A stretch of 64,000 nt of DNA from Candidatus Dormiibacterota bacterium (GTDB taxonomy: Bacteria; Chloroflexota; Dormibacteria; Aeolococcales; Aeolococcaceae), in contig CAVYGR010000007.1 of the NCBI GenBank assembly GCA_963768105.1, positions 14,165-78,164 of the forward strand. Direction: 5' to 3'. Under the pieces are notes generated by a model. The model was not told the DNA's origin. It did not search any database and saw nothing but the letters and a program-made list of their open reading frames with translations. Shown here piece after piece: positions 43,391-57,639 of the stretch; position 1 is the stretch's first letter, and every line of letters begins with the position of its first letter. The translations under genes and the position numbers were made by a program.

Positions 43391-44031
43391 TGGCCGAGGT
43401 CACCGCGGCGATGGTCAAAGCCTTGCGAGAGCGCACCGGCGCGGGGATGATGGACTGCAAGCGAGCACTGGTGGAGAGCGACGGCGACATGGACAAAGCC
43501 GAAGACTGGCTGCGCGCCAAAGGGTTCTCGCGCGCCGCGGCCAAGGCCGGACGGAAGACCAATGAGGGGATGGTCGACGCCTACATCCATCACGCCGGTG
43601 GGATCGCCAAGCAGGGCGCGCTCATCGAGATCAACTGCGAGTCCGATTTCGTCGCCAAGACCGACGATTTCAAGCACCTGGCGCACACGCTCGCGCTGCA
43701 GGTAGTTGGCATGGCCCCAACGTACGTGCGCCGCGAGGACGTTCCCGCCGAGGTCGTGGAGCGCGAGCGCGCCGTGTACCGCGAGCAGGTCAAGGGCAAG
43801 CCCGAGAACATCGTCGAGAAGATCCTCACCGGCAAGCTCGACGCCTTCTACGCCCAGACGTGCCTGCTCGAGCAGCCATGGATCAAGGACGACAAGAAGA
43901 AGGTCGGCGACCTCGTGACCGAGGCGATCGCCAAGCTCGGTGAGAACATCTCGGTCGCGCGGTTCGCACGGTTCGCGGTGGGCGCCGAGGAGACCGACGA
44001 AGCAAGCGCGCACGCGACCGCCGTGGCGTGA
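43390..44031 (+). CDS. tsf: elongation factor Ts (short form)
   Basis: [23 protein letters not shown]. Its ATG shares one base with the rpsB stop. Confidence 0.9.
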   Translation: MAEVTAAMVKALRERTGAGMMDCKRALVESDGDMDKAEDWLRAKGFSRAAAKAGRKTNEGMVDAYIHHAGGIAKQGALIEINCESDFVAKTDDFKHLAHTLALQVVGMAPTYVRREDVPAEVVERERAVYREQVKGKPENIVEKILTGKLDAFYAQTCLLEQPWIKDDKKKVGDLVTEAIAKLGENISVARFARFAVGAEETDEASAHATAVA

Positions 44032-44816
44032 GCCTCGAAGTCACCCGCGTGGAACTCGCCGAGGTCACCGGACGCGCCCCTGACGGCCGCATGCCGGTCT
44101 TCGGCCGGGTCATCCTCAAGCTCGGCGGCGAGGCGCTGCTCGGCACCGCCGGGTATGGCATCGACTACGCCGCGGCGCGTCACATCGCCGAGCAGCTCAC
44201 GCACATCGTCGCACGCGGCGTCCAGGTTGCGATCGTGGTCGGCGGCGGCAACATCGTCCGCGGGACCGAGGCAAGCCAGCACGGGATCGACCGCGTCACC
44301 GCCGACTACATGGGCATGCTCGCCACGGTCATCAACGCCCTGGCGTTGCGCGACGCCATCGAGCAATTCGGCATCGCCTGCCGGCTGCAGAGCGCGATCG
44401 CCATGTCGCAGGTGGCCGAGCCGTTCATCCCCCGGCGGGCCATCCGCCACCTGGAGAAGGGACGCCTGGTGATCCTCGCGGCGGGCACCGGAAACCCGTT
44501 CTTCACCACCGACACCACCGCCGCGCTGCGCGCTGTCGAGATCGGCGCCGACGTGCTGCTCAAGGCGACCAAGGTCGACGGGATCTACAGCGCCGATCCC
44601 CACAAGGTCAGCACCGCCACACGGCTCCCGAACCTGACATACATGGACGTGCTCAACCGCGAACTCGCGATCATGGACAGCACCGCGGTGACCCTGTGCA
44701 TGGACAATCGGATGCCGATCATCGTCTTCGACCTGTTCACCGAGGGGAACATCGAACGCGTCATCCTGGGTGAGCAGATCGGCACCCGCGTGGATGCCGA
44801 GGACCCGAGCGCGTGA
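44028..44816 (+). CDS. pyrH: UMP kinase
   Basis: [39 protein letters not shown] 44028 (GTGA overlap) or ATG 44091. Confidence 0.9.
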   Translation: MSLEVTRVELAEVTGRAPDGRMPVFGRVILKLGGEALLGTAGYGIDYAAARHIAEQLTHIVARGVQVAIVVGGGNIVRGTEASQHGIDRVTADYMGMLATVINALALRDAIEQFGIACRLQSAIAMSQVAEPFIPRRAIRHLEKGRLVILAAGTGNPFFTTDTTAALRAVEIGADVLLKATKVDGIYSADPHKVSTATRLPNLTYMDVLNRELAIMDSTAVTLCMDNRMPIIVFDLFTEGNIERVILGEQIGTRVDAEDPSA

Positions 44817-45406
44817 GCGACCGCGAGAAAGCCGACGACCCCGAGGAGCAGATCGCCAGGCGGATCGCGGACGCCAACCTGCGGATGGAGAAGAGTGTCG
44901 AGGCGCTGCACCGCGAGTTGATGACGGTTCGCACCGGACGCGCGTCGCCCGCGCTCCTCGAACGCCTCCACGTCGACTATTACGGCGCTCCAACTCCGCT
45001 GCAGAGTCTCGCGGGCATCAGCGTTCCCGAGGCGAGCATGCTGGTGATCCAGCCCTACGACCGCACCTCACTCGGTGCCATCGAGAAGGCGATTCAAAAG
45101 AGCGACCTCGGACTCAACCCGAGCAACGACGGGCAGGTGATCCGCGTCGCCATCCCGCAGCTCACCGAGGAGCGTCGCAAGGACCTCGTCAAGCTCGTCC
45201 ACCGCAAGGCCGAGGAAGCCCGTGTGGCGGTTCGCAACATCCGTCGCGACGAGGTCGATCATCTGCGTCGCGTCGAGAAGGACGGTCACGTGAGCAAGGA
45301 TGAGGTTGCCAGCAAGCTCACCGACGTGCAGAAGATCACCGACCAGTTCATCGCCCGCATCGACGACGCCGTCCAGCGAAAGGAGTCCGAGATCCTCGAG
45401 GTCTGA
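44813..45406 (+). CDS. frr: ribosome recycling factor
   Basis: [40 protein letters not shown]. Confidence 0.9.
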   Translation: MSDREKADDPEEQIARRIADANLRMEKSVEALHRELMTVRTGRASPALLERLHVDYYGAPTPLQSLAGISVPEASMLVIQPYDRTSLGAIEKAIQKSDLGLNPSNDGQVIRVAIPQLTEERRKDLVKLVHRKAEEARVAVRNIRRDEVDHLRRVEKDGHVSKDEVASKLTDVQKITDQFIARIDDAVQRKESEILEV

Positions 45407-45409
45407 CGC

Positions 45410-45435
45410 GGCCGCCTGCGAAACGGCTGGCGGCC
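45410..45435 (+). terminator. GC hairpin after frr (no U-tract)
   Basis: GGCCGCC-12 nt-GGCGGCC, starting 4 nt after the frr stop. Confidence 0.3.
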
Positions 45436-45463
45436 TGGATGCGTTCTGACCCCGAGCCCCACG

Positions 45464-46279
45464 ATGCAGCACCCACCCGCTCCCGCCGCAGTCCCGCTCC
45501 CGGCACGGGCGGACCTTCCGCGGCATATCGGCATCATCATGGACGGGAACGGGCGGTGGGCCCGGCAGCGCCACCTCCCGCGAATCGCCGGCCACCGCGC
45601 CGGGGTCCGCGCGATCCGTCCGGTCATGGAGGCGTGCCACCAGGCGGGCGTGCACATCCTCACCCTCTACGCGTTCAGCACCGAGAACTGGCAGCGGCCG
45701 CGAACCGAGGTGTCCGCGCTCATGAAGCTCTTCGGCGACACCATCGACCGCGAGGTCGGTGAGCTGCATGAGAACGGCGTCCAGATCCGGGTCTTCGGCG
45801 ACCGTGCGCGCCTCAGCGTGTCCCTCCAGGAGAAGGTGGCCCAGGCCGAGGCGCTGACCGCCCACGACACGTCGGCGATCCTGAACGTGGCGATCAATTA
45901 CGGTGGGCGCGGCGAGATCGTCGCCGCCATACGCGAGCTGGCCCGCTCCGGAGCCGATCTCGGCTGCCTCGACGAGGAGACCCTCAGCCGGACCCTGTAC
46001 ACCGGCGGGCTTCCCGACCCCGACCTGATCGTGCGCACCGCGGGTGAGCTCCGCATCAGCAACTTCCTGCTCTGGCAAGCCGCCTACGCTGAGCTCCACG
46101 TCACCGAGACGCTCTGGCCGGATTTCGGTGAGACGGCGGTGCGCGCGGCGCTCGACGACTACTCGAGCCGGGAGCGGAAGTTCGGGGCGGTTCCCGAAAC
46201 CGTCGGCCAGGACGACCGCCTGCGGACGCGCGTCGGGCCGCGGCCGCGTCACGTACCTCGCCCCACGCCGGCGGGATGA
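45464..46279 (+). CDS. uppS: undecaprenyl diphosphate synthase
   Basis: HIGIIMDGNGRWA, YAFSTENW, RTAGELRISNFLLWQAAYAE. Confidence 0.92.
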   Translation: MQHPPAPAAVPLPARADLPRHIGIIMDGNGRWARQRHLPRIAGHRAGVRAIRPVMEACHQAGVHILTLYAFSTENWQRPRTEVSALMKLFGDTIDREVGELHENGVQIRVFGDRARLSVSLQEKVAQAEALTAHDTSAILNVAINYGGRGEIVAAIRELARSGADLGCLDEETLSRTLYTGGLPDPDLIVRTAGELRISNFLLWQAAYAELHVTETLWPDFGETAVRAALDDYSSRERKFGAVPETVGQDDRLRTRVGPRPRHVPRPTPAG

Positions 46280-47085
46280 ATCTCGCCCTCCGGGTGATAT
46301 CCGGCGTCGTGCTGGTCGCGGTGCTCGCAGCTGCGCTCTGGATCGGGACCCCGGCGCTGGCGGTCTTCGTCGGGGCGGGTGCGGTGATCGGAGCGTGGGA
46401 GCTGCGCGACCTGCTCGGACGGATCGGGACCGCGCCGCCGGCGTGGCTGATCCTCCCCCTCACGCTGTGGCTCGCGATTCGCTTCGCGGTCCCGGCGCCC
46501 GACGCGGCGACGGACTGGGCCTTCGCCGCGGCCGCTGTGGTCGGTCTGCTCGCGGGTCTCGGCACCCGCCAGGGCTTCGTCGGGTGGGCCGTGGCGATCG
46601 GCGCAGCCACCTACCTCGGCCTCTGCCTCGGCTTCTGGATAGCGATCTACCGCTGGCACGCGCACGACCCGGCGCATCTCGGCTTCCGTCTGGTCGCGCT
46701 TGCCCTCGCCGGGGCAGTGGGGGGCGACACGGTTGCCTACTTCGTCGGCAGCGCGATCGGCCGGCGACCGTTCTTTCGCTCGATATCGCCGAACAAATCG
46801 CTGGAGGGAGCGATTGCCGGGGCGATCGCGTCGGTGCTCATCGGCGCCCTTGCCGGCCCCTGGCTCATCGGGATCAGCGTCCCGCTCGGTGCCGTGCTGG
46901 GTGCCTTGATGGCGGTGGCGGCCCAGGGTGGCGATCTTGTCGAATCGGCGGTCAAGCGCCAGGCGCGGGTCAAGGACTCGGGAACCTTGATTCCCGGTCA
47001 CGGCGGCCTGCTGGATCGCGCCGACAGCCTTGTGTTGCTGGCTCCGGTCGTATATTGCTACTTGAAGCTGATCGCGTTCCCGTAA
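46276..47085 (+). CDS. cdsA: phosphatidate cytidylyltransferase
   Basis: Multi-TM protein with the C-terminal signature SAVKRQARVKDSGTLIPGHGGLLDRADS. Confidence 0.9.
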   Translation: MNLALRVISGVVLVAVLAAALWIGTPALAVFVGAGAVIGAWELRDLLGRIGTAPPAWLILPLTLWLAIRFAVPAPDAATDWAFAAAAVVGLLAGLGTRQGFVGWAVAIGAATYLGLCLGFWIAIYRWHAHDPAHLGFRLVALALAGAVGGDTVAYFVGSAIGRRPFFRSISPNKSLEGAIAGAIASVLIGALAGPWLIGISVPLGAVLGALMAVAAQGGDLVESAVKRQARVKDSGTLIPGHGGLLDRADSLVLLAPVVYCYLKLIAFP

Positions 47086-47143
47086 CCGCGGCGAAAGCGC
47101 CGGCATGCTCTGATCTACTCGGTATTGAGGCATCCGCGCACAA

Positions 47144-48304
47144 GTGACCGAACCGACGCCCCGCCGACGAGTTGTCCTGCTGGGTGCGACCGGATCCATC
47201 GGCCGGCAGGCGTGTGACGTGATCGCGAGGTTCTCCGATCGCTTCGAGCTGGTCGGAGCCGTTGCCGGGAGCGACGCCGTCGCGCTCGCGGCGGTCGCGA
47301 GCCGGTTTGGGGTTGGGCGAACCGCGCTCGTCAATCCCACCCCTGGGACCTCGCTGCCGGATGGATGCGCCATCGGCATCGACGCCGCGTGCGAGATCGC
47401 CGCGATGGACGCTGACGTGGTCTGCGTCGCCATCACCGGCGCCGCCGCGCTGCGGCCGACGCTCGCCGCGATCGATGCCGGAACGGCGGTGGCCACCGCG
47501 ACCAAGGAGGTCCTGGTCATGGCGGGCGAACTGATTCGAGCCCGCGCCGCCGAGTCGGGGGCACGCATCATTCCGATCGACAGCGAGCACTCGGCCCTCT
47601 GGCAGTGCCTCCGCGGCGAGGACCGCGGGTCGGTCGAGCGGTTCGTGCTCACCGCGAGTGGGGGTCCGTTCCTGCGCCGGCCGCTGGGCACCTTCGCCGC
47701 GATCACTCCGGCCGAGGCGCTCGCGCATCCGACCTGGAACATGGGCCCCAAGGTGACCATCAACTCGGCGACCATGATGAACAAGGGGTTGGAGATCATC
47801 GAGGCCCACTTCCTCTTCGATGCTCCGTATGATTCGATTGACGTGTCGATCCACCCGACGAGCATCGTGCACAGTTGGGTGGAGTTTCGAGACGGCGCGA
47901 TCGTCGCCCAGATGGGGGTTCCAGACATGCGCGTCCCGATCGCCCTGGCTCTGGCGGACGGTGAACGTCTGGCCGGCGTGGGACCGCGCCTCGACCTCCG
48001 CGAGGCGTCGCCACTCGAGTTCGTGCCCGTCGACGACGAACGGTTTCCCGCGCCCGCGCTCGCTCGCTCTGCGGGTGTGCGAGGCGGCCTCGCGCCCTGC
48101 GTGCTCAACGCGGCCAACGAGGAGGCGGTCAGCGCGTTTCTCAGCGGAGGCTGCCGGTTCGACGAGATCGTGACCCTGGTGGGTGACGCGCTTGCGGACT
48201 TCGACGCCCGCACCGCGTCAACCCTGGACGAGGTGCTCAGCGCCGACGCGTGGGCGCGCGAGCACGTGCGGACGAGCGCCGGCACGGCGACGGCGGCCCG
48301 ATGA
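47144..48304 (+). CDS. dxr: 1-deoxy-D-xylulose 5-phosphate reductoisomerase
   Basis: LLGATGSIGRQA, DSEHSALWQC, NKGLEIIEAHFLF. Confidence 0.92.
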   Translation: MTEPTPRRRVVLLGATGSIGRQACDVIARFSDRFELVGAVAGSDAVALAAVASRFGVGRTALVNPTPGTSLPDGCAIGIDAACEIAAMDADVVCVAITGAAALRPTLAAIDAGTAVATATKEVLVMAGELIRARAAESGARIIPIDSEHSALWQCLRGEDRGSVERFVLTASGGPFLRRPLGTFAAITPAEALAHPTWNMGPKVTINSATMMNKGLEIIEAHFLFDAPYDSIDVSIHPTSIVHSWVEFRDGAIVAQMGVPDMRVPIALALADGERLAGVGPRLDLREASPLEFVPVDDERFPAPALARSAGVRGGLAPCVLNAANEEAVSAFLSGGCRFDEIVTLVGDALADFDARTASTLDEVLSADAWAREHVRTSAGTATAAR

Positions 48305-49589
48305 CCCAATTCCTCATCTATGCCGGCGCGTTCATCCTCGTGCTCGTCTCGGTGATCACCATCCACGAGGGCGGTCACTTCCTGGTGGGCAAGCTCTCGG
48401 GGATCAAGGTCGAGGAGTTCTCGGTCGGTTTCGGGCCCAAGCTGTACTCACGGCGAATCGGGGAGACCCTCTACGCGGTGCGAGCGATCCCGGCGGGCGG
48501 CTTCGTGCGCATGGCGGGCATGCTCGGCCTGACCGGTGAGGCCGACGCCGGTGAGCGCAACTTCTACCGGGCGAGCCGCCCACGGCGCTTCGCCACCGTC
48601 TCGGCGGGGATCGTCGCCAACTTCGTCTTCGGCGGGCTCTGCTTCGCGATCATCGACATGCAGCCGACGCCGTACCAGTTCGATCCGCATGCTCCCTCCG
48701 GCCAGGCCGGCCTCCGCAGCGGCGACACCATCCTCGCCCTCAACAGTCAGGTCATCCGCCAGGACAGCCTCGCCCACGTCACCACCGACCTGCACAAGGC
48801 CACGGCGGCCAGCCTGGGCAATCCCATCACGGTCACCTACCAGGCGTCCGACGGGAGCACGCACACCACCACGCTCACCCCGCGTCTCACCATCACCAAC
48901 GTTCTCAACGACCCGTCCAGCTTCGCCGGCGGCAAGCTGCCCACCGGCAGCCTGGTGGTCACGACCATCAACGGCCAGCCGGCCGGGACCGGCGACCCGG
49001 CGACCCTGCTCGGCGGCGGCAGCCCCGTCACCGTGTCCGGGTACCAGGAGAACTCCGACGGATCCGTCACCCAGCGCTTCGCCGGCGTGACCGTGTCCGG
49101 GATTCGCGACGGCTACCCGACCCTGAACTCGATCCGGGCCGCGTGGATCATGGGCGTGATCCCGGGCTACAGCGGCCAGAGCCTGCCCGCAGCGGTGGCC
49201 AGCGGATTCAGCGCGATCCCGAGCTTCATCGGCGCCGAGTTCTCCGGCATTTACGGGCTCATCGTCCATCCGCCCCAGGGCGGCATCAACGGCCCCCAGG
49301 GGTTTACGGGCCCCGTCGGGATCGCCCAGGAGACCGCGACCGCGACCAACAACGGCTTCCTCGGACCCAACGGCCTGCTCTGGTGGATCGGCTTCATCAG
49401 CATGAATCTCGGATTCGTCAACATGCTGCCGATCCCATTCCTCGACGGCGGCAAACTGCTCTTCATCCTCATCGAGTCCGTGCGCCGGCGCCGCCTCAAC
49501 CCCAAGGTCGAAGCGGCGATCACCGCCGTGGGCCTGGCCGTCATCGTGATTTTCGCGGTGTATGTCACCATCGGTGACGTGAGCAGACT

Positions 49590-49593
<4 letters not shown>
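48301..49593 (+). CDS. rseP: M50 family site-2 metalloprotease (RseP/RasP-like)
   Basis: HEGGHFLVGK (HExxH), a central PDZ-like region, NMLPIPFLDGG. ATGA overlap with dxr. Confidence 0.88.
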
Positions 49594-52208
<2,615 letters not shown>

Positions 52209-52215
<7 letters not shown>

Positions 52216-53141
52216 GGCTCGGCCTGGTCGATCGCGATGCGTTTGAGGTGTCCCCAGAACGCGTCGACCGCGGGGGTGTGGAGGTCGCGCCGGCGCGCGG
52301 CCACGAAGGACTGCGACACGCCGCGTCCGGGCAGCGGGATGATCACCAGCCTGCCGGCGGCGATGTCCTGCTCGACGACGGACCGCGGCATCGCCGCGAA
52401 GCCGAGGCCGGCGAGGAGTGCCGCGTGGAGCGCACCCTCCTCGAGCTCGAGGGTGTTCTCCGGGTCCACGTGCGCACCGAGCGCGCGGGCGGCGAGCGCC
52501 TCGGTCGCGCTGCCCCGCTCGTGGGCGAGATGGCGATGGGCGACCAGGTCGCGCACCGCCGTGCGGCTCGACGCCAGCGGGTGATGCGCAGCGACCACGG
52601 TCACGAGCTGGGTGTGCTCGAGCACGACCGTCTCGATGCCCGGTACTCGCACCGCCGAACTGGCGAGGACGATGTCGGCCCTGCCTTCGGTGAGCATGGC
52701 GAGCAGCGAGCGCATCGGGGCCAGCGCGAGACGCACGTTGATCTCCGGGTGCTCGGCGACGAACGGCGCGAGCCATGCCGAGAGCCGGTGAGCCCCCATG
52801 ACCCTGCCCGCCGCGACCGTCAGCTCACCACGCTCGAAGGCGAGATAACCGGTGCGGAGCTCCTCGATCTGGCCGACGTCCTCGAGCACCCGCTCGGCGA
52901 GCTGACGCAGCGCCCTGCCCACGTCGGTGAGCTGGACGTTGCGTCCCACCCGCTGGAGGAGCGGCAGGCCGAGCGTGGCCTCGAGGCGGCGGACCACGCC
53001 GCTCACCGATCCTTGGGACAGGCCGAGCGCCTCCGAGGCGGCGGTCACATGCTCGCGCTCGGCGACCGCGAGAAACGTGTGCAACTGGTCGAGGGTGACC
53101 CGGGGTCGAGGGTGCCGCGGCCGACTCTGCGGCGTACGCAT
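52209..53141 (-). CDS. LysR family transcriptional regulator
   Basis: N-terminal wHTH: LHTFLAVAEREHVTAASEALGLSQGSVSGVVRRLE. Typical ~310-aa length. Confidence 0.88.
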
Positions 53142-53148
53142 CGCGGCG

Positions 53149-53691
53149 TCAGCCGCGGCGCGCCGGTTCGGGCAGGAGCCCGCTCGCCTCGACGGCCGCG
53201 AGCACGGCTGCGACCAACTCGTCGACGGTTTGCGTGCCGCTGTCGACGATCACGTCGGGTGACTCCGGGGCCTCGTATGGATCCGACACACCGGTGAAAT
53301 GCTCGATCTCGCCGGCGAGCGCGCGCTTGTACAGGCCCTTGACGTCGCGTTCGGACAGGACGTCGATGGAGCAGCGGACGTAGACCTCGACGAAGCGGCC
53401 GATGCGGCGGCGCATTTCGGCGCGAGTGTCGCGGTACGGGGAGATGGCGGCGGTGATGGCAACCACCCCGTTGCGGGTGAGCAGCTCGGCGACGAACCCG
53501 ATCCTGCGGATGTTGATGTCGCGGTCTTCCTTGCTGAAGCCGAGGCCCGCGCTCAGGGTCTGACGCACCTCGTCGCCGTCGAGGACCTCGACGCGGTGGC
53601 CCTGCTCACGGAGCGTCGTGGCGACGCGCTGGCCGATGGTCGACTTGCCGGCGCCGGAGAGCCCGGTGAACCAGATGGTCAGCCCGCTCAC
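53149..53691 (-). CDS. cysC: adenylylsulfate (APS) kinase
   Basis: [53 protein letters not shown] 53691 overlaps the sat stop (GTGA). Confidence 0.88.
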   Translation of the reverse strand: MSGLTIWFTGLSGAGKSTIGQRVATTLREQGHRVEVLDGDEVRQTLSAGLGFSKEDRDINIRRIGFVAELLTRNGVVAITAAISPYRDTRAEMRRRIGRFVEVYVRCSIDVLSERDVKGLYKRALAGEIEHFTGVSDPYEAPESPDVIVDSGTQTVDELVAAVLAAVEASGLLPEPARRG

Positions 53692-54973
53692 GAGCCGACC
53701 CCCGTCGCCGCCAGCGCGTACGCGGCGCGCAGGATCTCCGCCACTTCGGGCCTGGTGAACTCGTGCGGGATCGCGTCCCCGCGAGTACAGCATTTCGCGG
53801 ACGCGCGTCCCGCTCAGGATCACCCGATCATCGGCGCCGTGCGGACACGTCTTGGTGCTCGCCATGCTCTCGCACGCCCTGCAATAAAAGGTGTGCTCGA
53901 ACTTGTACGCCTCGAAGCCGAGACGCTCGGCGCCCCCCAGCTCGTCGAACAGGGTCTGCGCGTCGTAGGTGCCGTAGTAATTGCCGACCCCGGCGGCGTC
54001 GCGACCGATGATGAAGTGCGAGCAGCCGTAGTTCCTGCGGACCTGACCGTGATAGATCGCCTCGCGAGGTCCGGCGTACCGCATCGCCCCGGGGAAGACC
54101 CCGAGCACCACGCGGTTGGGCGGGTAGTAGCCGTCGAGCAGCACCCGATAGCACTCCATGCGCACGTCGAAGGGAACGTCGTCGCCCTTGGTCGCCCCCG
54201 ACAGCGGGTGGAGCAGGAGGCCGTCCACCTGCTCGAGCGCGACCTTGGTGAGGTATTCGTGCGCCCGGTGTACCGGGTTGCGCGTCTGGAATCCGACCAC
54301 CGTCGACCAGCCGCGCTCGCTGAAGGCAGCCCGGGTCTCGGACGGCGTCGACGGCACCTCGCCCGCCTGCTGCGGCGCCACCCGCACCGAACCGCCGATA
54401 GTCGCGGCACCCTGCGCGAAGAGCGCGGCGACCCCGGGGTGCGCCTCGTCGTTGGTCCGGTACACCTCGGTCGCCTCGCGCTCGAGATCCCGTTCGTAGA
54501 CCTCGTCCACCGTCAGCGACACCGACGAGGCGGTCGCCCTCATCGCGGAGCGCGACAACAGCGCCCTCGCGCGGCGCGCGTCCGCCGGCACCGACCGGCA
54601 GGGTGATCGGCAGCGCCCACGGAGTCCCGTCGCTGAGCGCGGCATGCTCGACCACGCTCTCGTAATCGGCGCGGCGCTGGAAACCGTCCAGGGGCGAATA
54701 GGCACCGCTGCCGAGCAGGGTGAGGTCCGCCGCCACGGTCGGCGCGATCCGCAGCGAGCCGAGCTCTTCGGCACGCGCGTCGAAGTCCGTAAGCTCGTCA
54801 GCGGTCATCAGCAGATCGACAAGCGTTCCCCCGAGCGGCGAGACGAGCTGCGCTGCCGGCTCAGCCACTCCGGGCTCGCTTGATTCCAGGGTCATCGAGG
54901 GCAGTCTACCGGGTAGGTCCTCGAGGACAGCCCAGTCACACATCTGATACCGCGATGTATCGACGCCATCCAC
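53688..54973 (-). CDS. sat: sulfate adenylyltransferase (two frame breaks)
   Basis: The N-terminus is in ORF 53828..54973 ([12 protein letters not shown]). The core is in ORF 53149..54774 ([24 protein letters not shown]). The manually read C-terminus [27 protein letters not shown] lies in a third frame and ends at TGA 53688-53690. Joins lie near 54518 and 53778. Start is ATG 54973 or ATG 54895. Confidence 0.8.
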
Positions 54974-55029
54974 AGTTCCTGGCGCTGGATGTGGCCACGG
55001 TTTCTAAAAACGTGCGGACATGACCTGTG

Positions 55030-55057
55030 TTTGATCCCGGACCCCTGGCTCTACACT
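55030..55057 (+). promoter_or_regulatory. candidate relA promoter
   Basis: TTTGAT (55030-55035), 16-nt spacer, TACACT (55052-55057). GTG 55068 lies 10 nt after the -10. Confidence 0.4.
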
Positions 55058-55067
55058 CATAAAGGAC

Positions 55068-57591
55068 GTGCCCATCACCGACCTCATGACCCGTGTCGAG
55101 TACCTCCCCACGGAGGATCAAGCCTCGATTCGACGCGCGTTCGACGTCGCGGACCGCGCGCACGCGGGCCAGGCCCGGCTCACCGGAGAGCCGTACATCG
55201 AGCATCCGCTCGCGGTCGCCGGCATCCTCGCCGACCTGCGCCTCGATCCCGAGACGGTCATCGCCGCGCTGCTCCATGACACCGTCGAGGACACGGAGGT
55301 GACCCGCGAGGAAGTGCGCCGGCTCTTCGGCGACCAGGTCGCGAAGCTCGTCGACGGCGTGACCAAGTTGGGCAAGATCCACGTGCGCAGCGCCGAGGAG
55401 CACCAGGCCGAGAACATCCGAAAGATGCTCGTCGCCATGGCCGAGGATGTCCGCGTGGTGCTCATCAAGCTCGGCGATCGCCTCCACAACATGCGCACCG
55501 TCAGCGCGCACACCACCGAGCGGCGGCTGCGGATCAGCCGGGAGACGCTCGACATCTACGCCCCGCTCGCTCATCGACTCGGCATCTGGGAGATCAAGGG
55601 CGAGCTCGAGGATCTGGCCTTTGTGCAGCTCGATCCCGACAATTACCAGTTGATCGAGGCTCGGCTGGCGAGCAGTCGCGAACAACGCGACGCTTTTGTC
55701 CGCGATGTCACGGAGATCCTCGGACGCGAGTTCGCGCCCCTCGGGGTGCACGCGGAGATCGCCGGGCGTACCAAGCGCACGTACAGCATTCACGAGAAGA
55801 TGGTGCGCGGCCAGAAGGAATTCGGCGAGATCTACGACATCATCGCGATTCGCGTCCTCGTCGAACTCGATCAAGGATTGCTACGGCGCGCTGGGCATCG
55901 TGCACTCGCTCTGGAAACCACTGCCGGGACGCTTCAAGGACTACATCGCGATGCCCAAGGGCAACGGCTATCAGTCGCTGCACACCACCGTGCTGTCGCA
56001 CACCGGCGAGCCGATGGAGGTGCAGATCCGGACCCAGGAGATGCACGAGACCTCCGAGTACGGGGTCGCGGCCCACTGGCGGTACAAGGGCGGCCAGGAC
56101 GGCGCGCGCATCGACGAGCGCTTCACGTGGCTCCGCCTCTTGATGGACTGGCAGAAGGAGGTGCTCGACGCCGAGGCATTCGTCAACACCGTCAAGGTCG
56201 ACATCTTCCAGGACGAGGTCTTTGTGTTCACCCCACGCGGCGACGTCCGCTCGCTCCCGCAGGGATCGACGCCCGTCGACTTCGCGTACCGCATCCACAC
56301 CGACGTCGGCCACGCGTGCATCGGCGCCAAGGTCAACGGGCGGATGGTGCCGCTCGATCATCGCCTCGAGAACGGCGAGATCGTCGAGGTGCTCACCACC
56401 AAGGGCCTGCACGGTCCTTCGCGCGACTGGCTGAATTTCGTCAAGACCTCGAGCGCACGCGAAAAGATCCGCCAGTGGTTCAAGCGCGAACGCCGCGACG
56501 AGAACATCCAGAAGGGCCGCGAGATGCTGGACAAGGAGTTCCGGCGGCTCCGGCAGATGGCGCTCAGCAGCGTGAAGGACGACGAGCTCCTCGAGCTGGC
56601 TCGCGAGTTCAAGATCACGACCACCGACGATTTCGTCGCGGCGATCGGGTATGGGGACATCAGTGCGCGCAGCGCCGTGCTCCGTTTCGGGTCGGACGCT
56701 CAGCAGACCGACGACGATCGCATCCTGGGGATCCCGCTCACGAGCACGCCGGCGCCGACGGGGCACGTGCGCGTGCACGGCTACGTCGACATGCTCACCA
56801 CGTTGGGGCACTGCTGCAAGCCCGTGGCGGGCGATGCGATACGGGGCTACGTCACGCGTGGCAAGGGGGTCACCGTGCACCGCGCCGACTGCGCGAACGT
56901 GCGCAACGCCACCGACGTCGACCGCATTGTCGAGGTCGAATGGGAGACCGGCGCGCGCCAGGTGTACCCGGTGGCAATCAAGATCGAGGCCTGGGACCGC
57001 ACCGGACTGCTCCGCGACATTGCCGGGGTGATCGCCGAGTCGAAGATCAACCTCAGCGGGGCTGACGTGCAGGTGTACGACGACAAGACCGCCGTGATCA
57101 GCACCATCGTCGAGATCCAGAACCTGTCCCAGTTGAGCCGTCTCCTCGAGCGGCTCGAATCCGTTCGCGACGTGCACACGGTGGCTCGAGAACTCCGGCT
57201 GAGCCGGACGCGACAGGCGGGTGTCGCCGCACGCTCTGAGACTGGGGGCGTGGACGCAGTGGAACGCCTCCGCCTCCTCGAGCACGCGACCGCGGAGCTG
57301 CTCGAGTCGGAGACCAACGCGTCGCTGCTGCTGGGGGTACGCGGGCGCGGCTGCGAACCGCTGGTGGTGACCGCGCTCGGATGCATCGTCCTGGTCGCCA
57401 TTGGACCCGGGGCTTCGGTCCTGATCCCGGTGGCGTCGCTGGCGCGACAGCGCGCCTCGGGCGCGCGAGCGCTCGCCGCAGGGTGCGACCGCACCCTGCG
57501 TGGGGTGCACCGACTGCCGCTCGGGTTCGTCCCGACCGTCTCGTTCGACAACCCCACGAACGTCGCGGGGTGGCTCGATCGCCTGGGCTGA
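55068..57591 (+). CDS. relA: GTP pyrophosphokinase / (p)ppGpp synthetase-hydrolase RelA/SpoT homologue (one frame break; unusual C-terminal extension)
   Basis: HD domain HPLAVAGILADL and LLHDTVEDT. Synthetase motifs RTKRTYSIHEKM and, after the join near 55865, DCYGALGIVHSLWKP and YQSLHTTV. TGS domain VFVFTPRGDV. ACT domain ends near VRDVHTVAREL (~57205). The ORF then continues for ~130 codons. Confidence 0.85.
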
Positions 57592-57624
57592 TCGGCTCGC
57601 AGGTTCGCTCGCGCTGTCAGCCCG

Positions 57625-57630
57625 TACACT
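57625..57630 (+). promoter_or_regulatory. candidate -10 box (TACACT) for leaderless hisS
   Basis: TACACT lies 9 nt upstream of ATG 57640, with no Shine-Dalgarno. Confidence 0.35.
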
Positions 57631-57639
57631 CGGACGCCA

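Noticed and set aside
57592-57639. T-box or other riboswitch leaders ahead of hisS, aspS, proS and alaS, and a cobalamin riboswitch ahead of the BtuF-like gene
   Set aside because: The available leaders are only 0-48 nt (11 nt for proS, 33 nt for alaS, overlaps for aspS and the BtuF-like gene). That is far too short for these elements.
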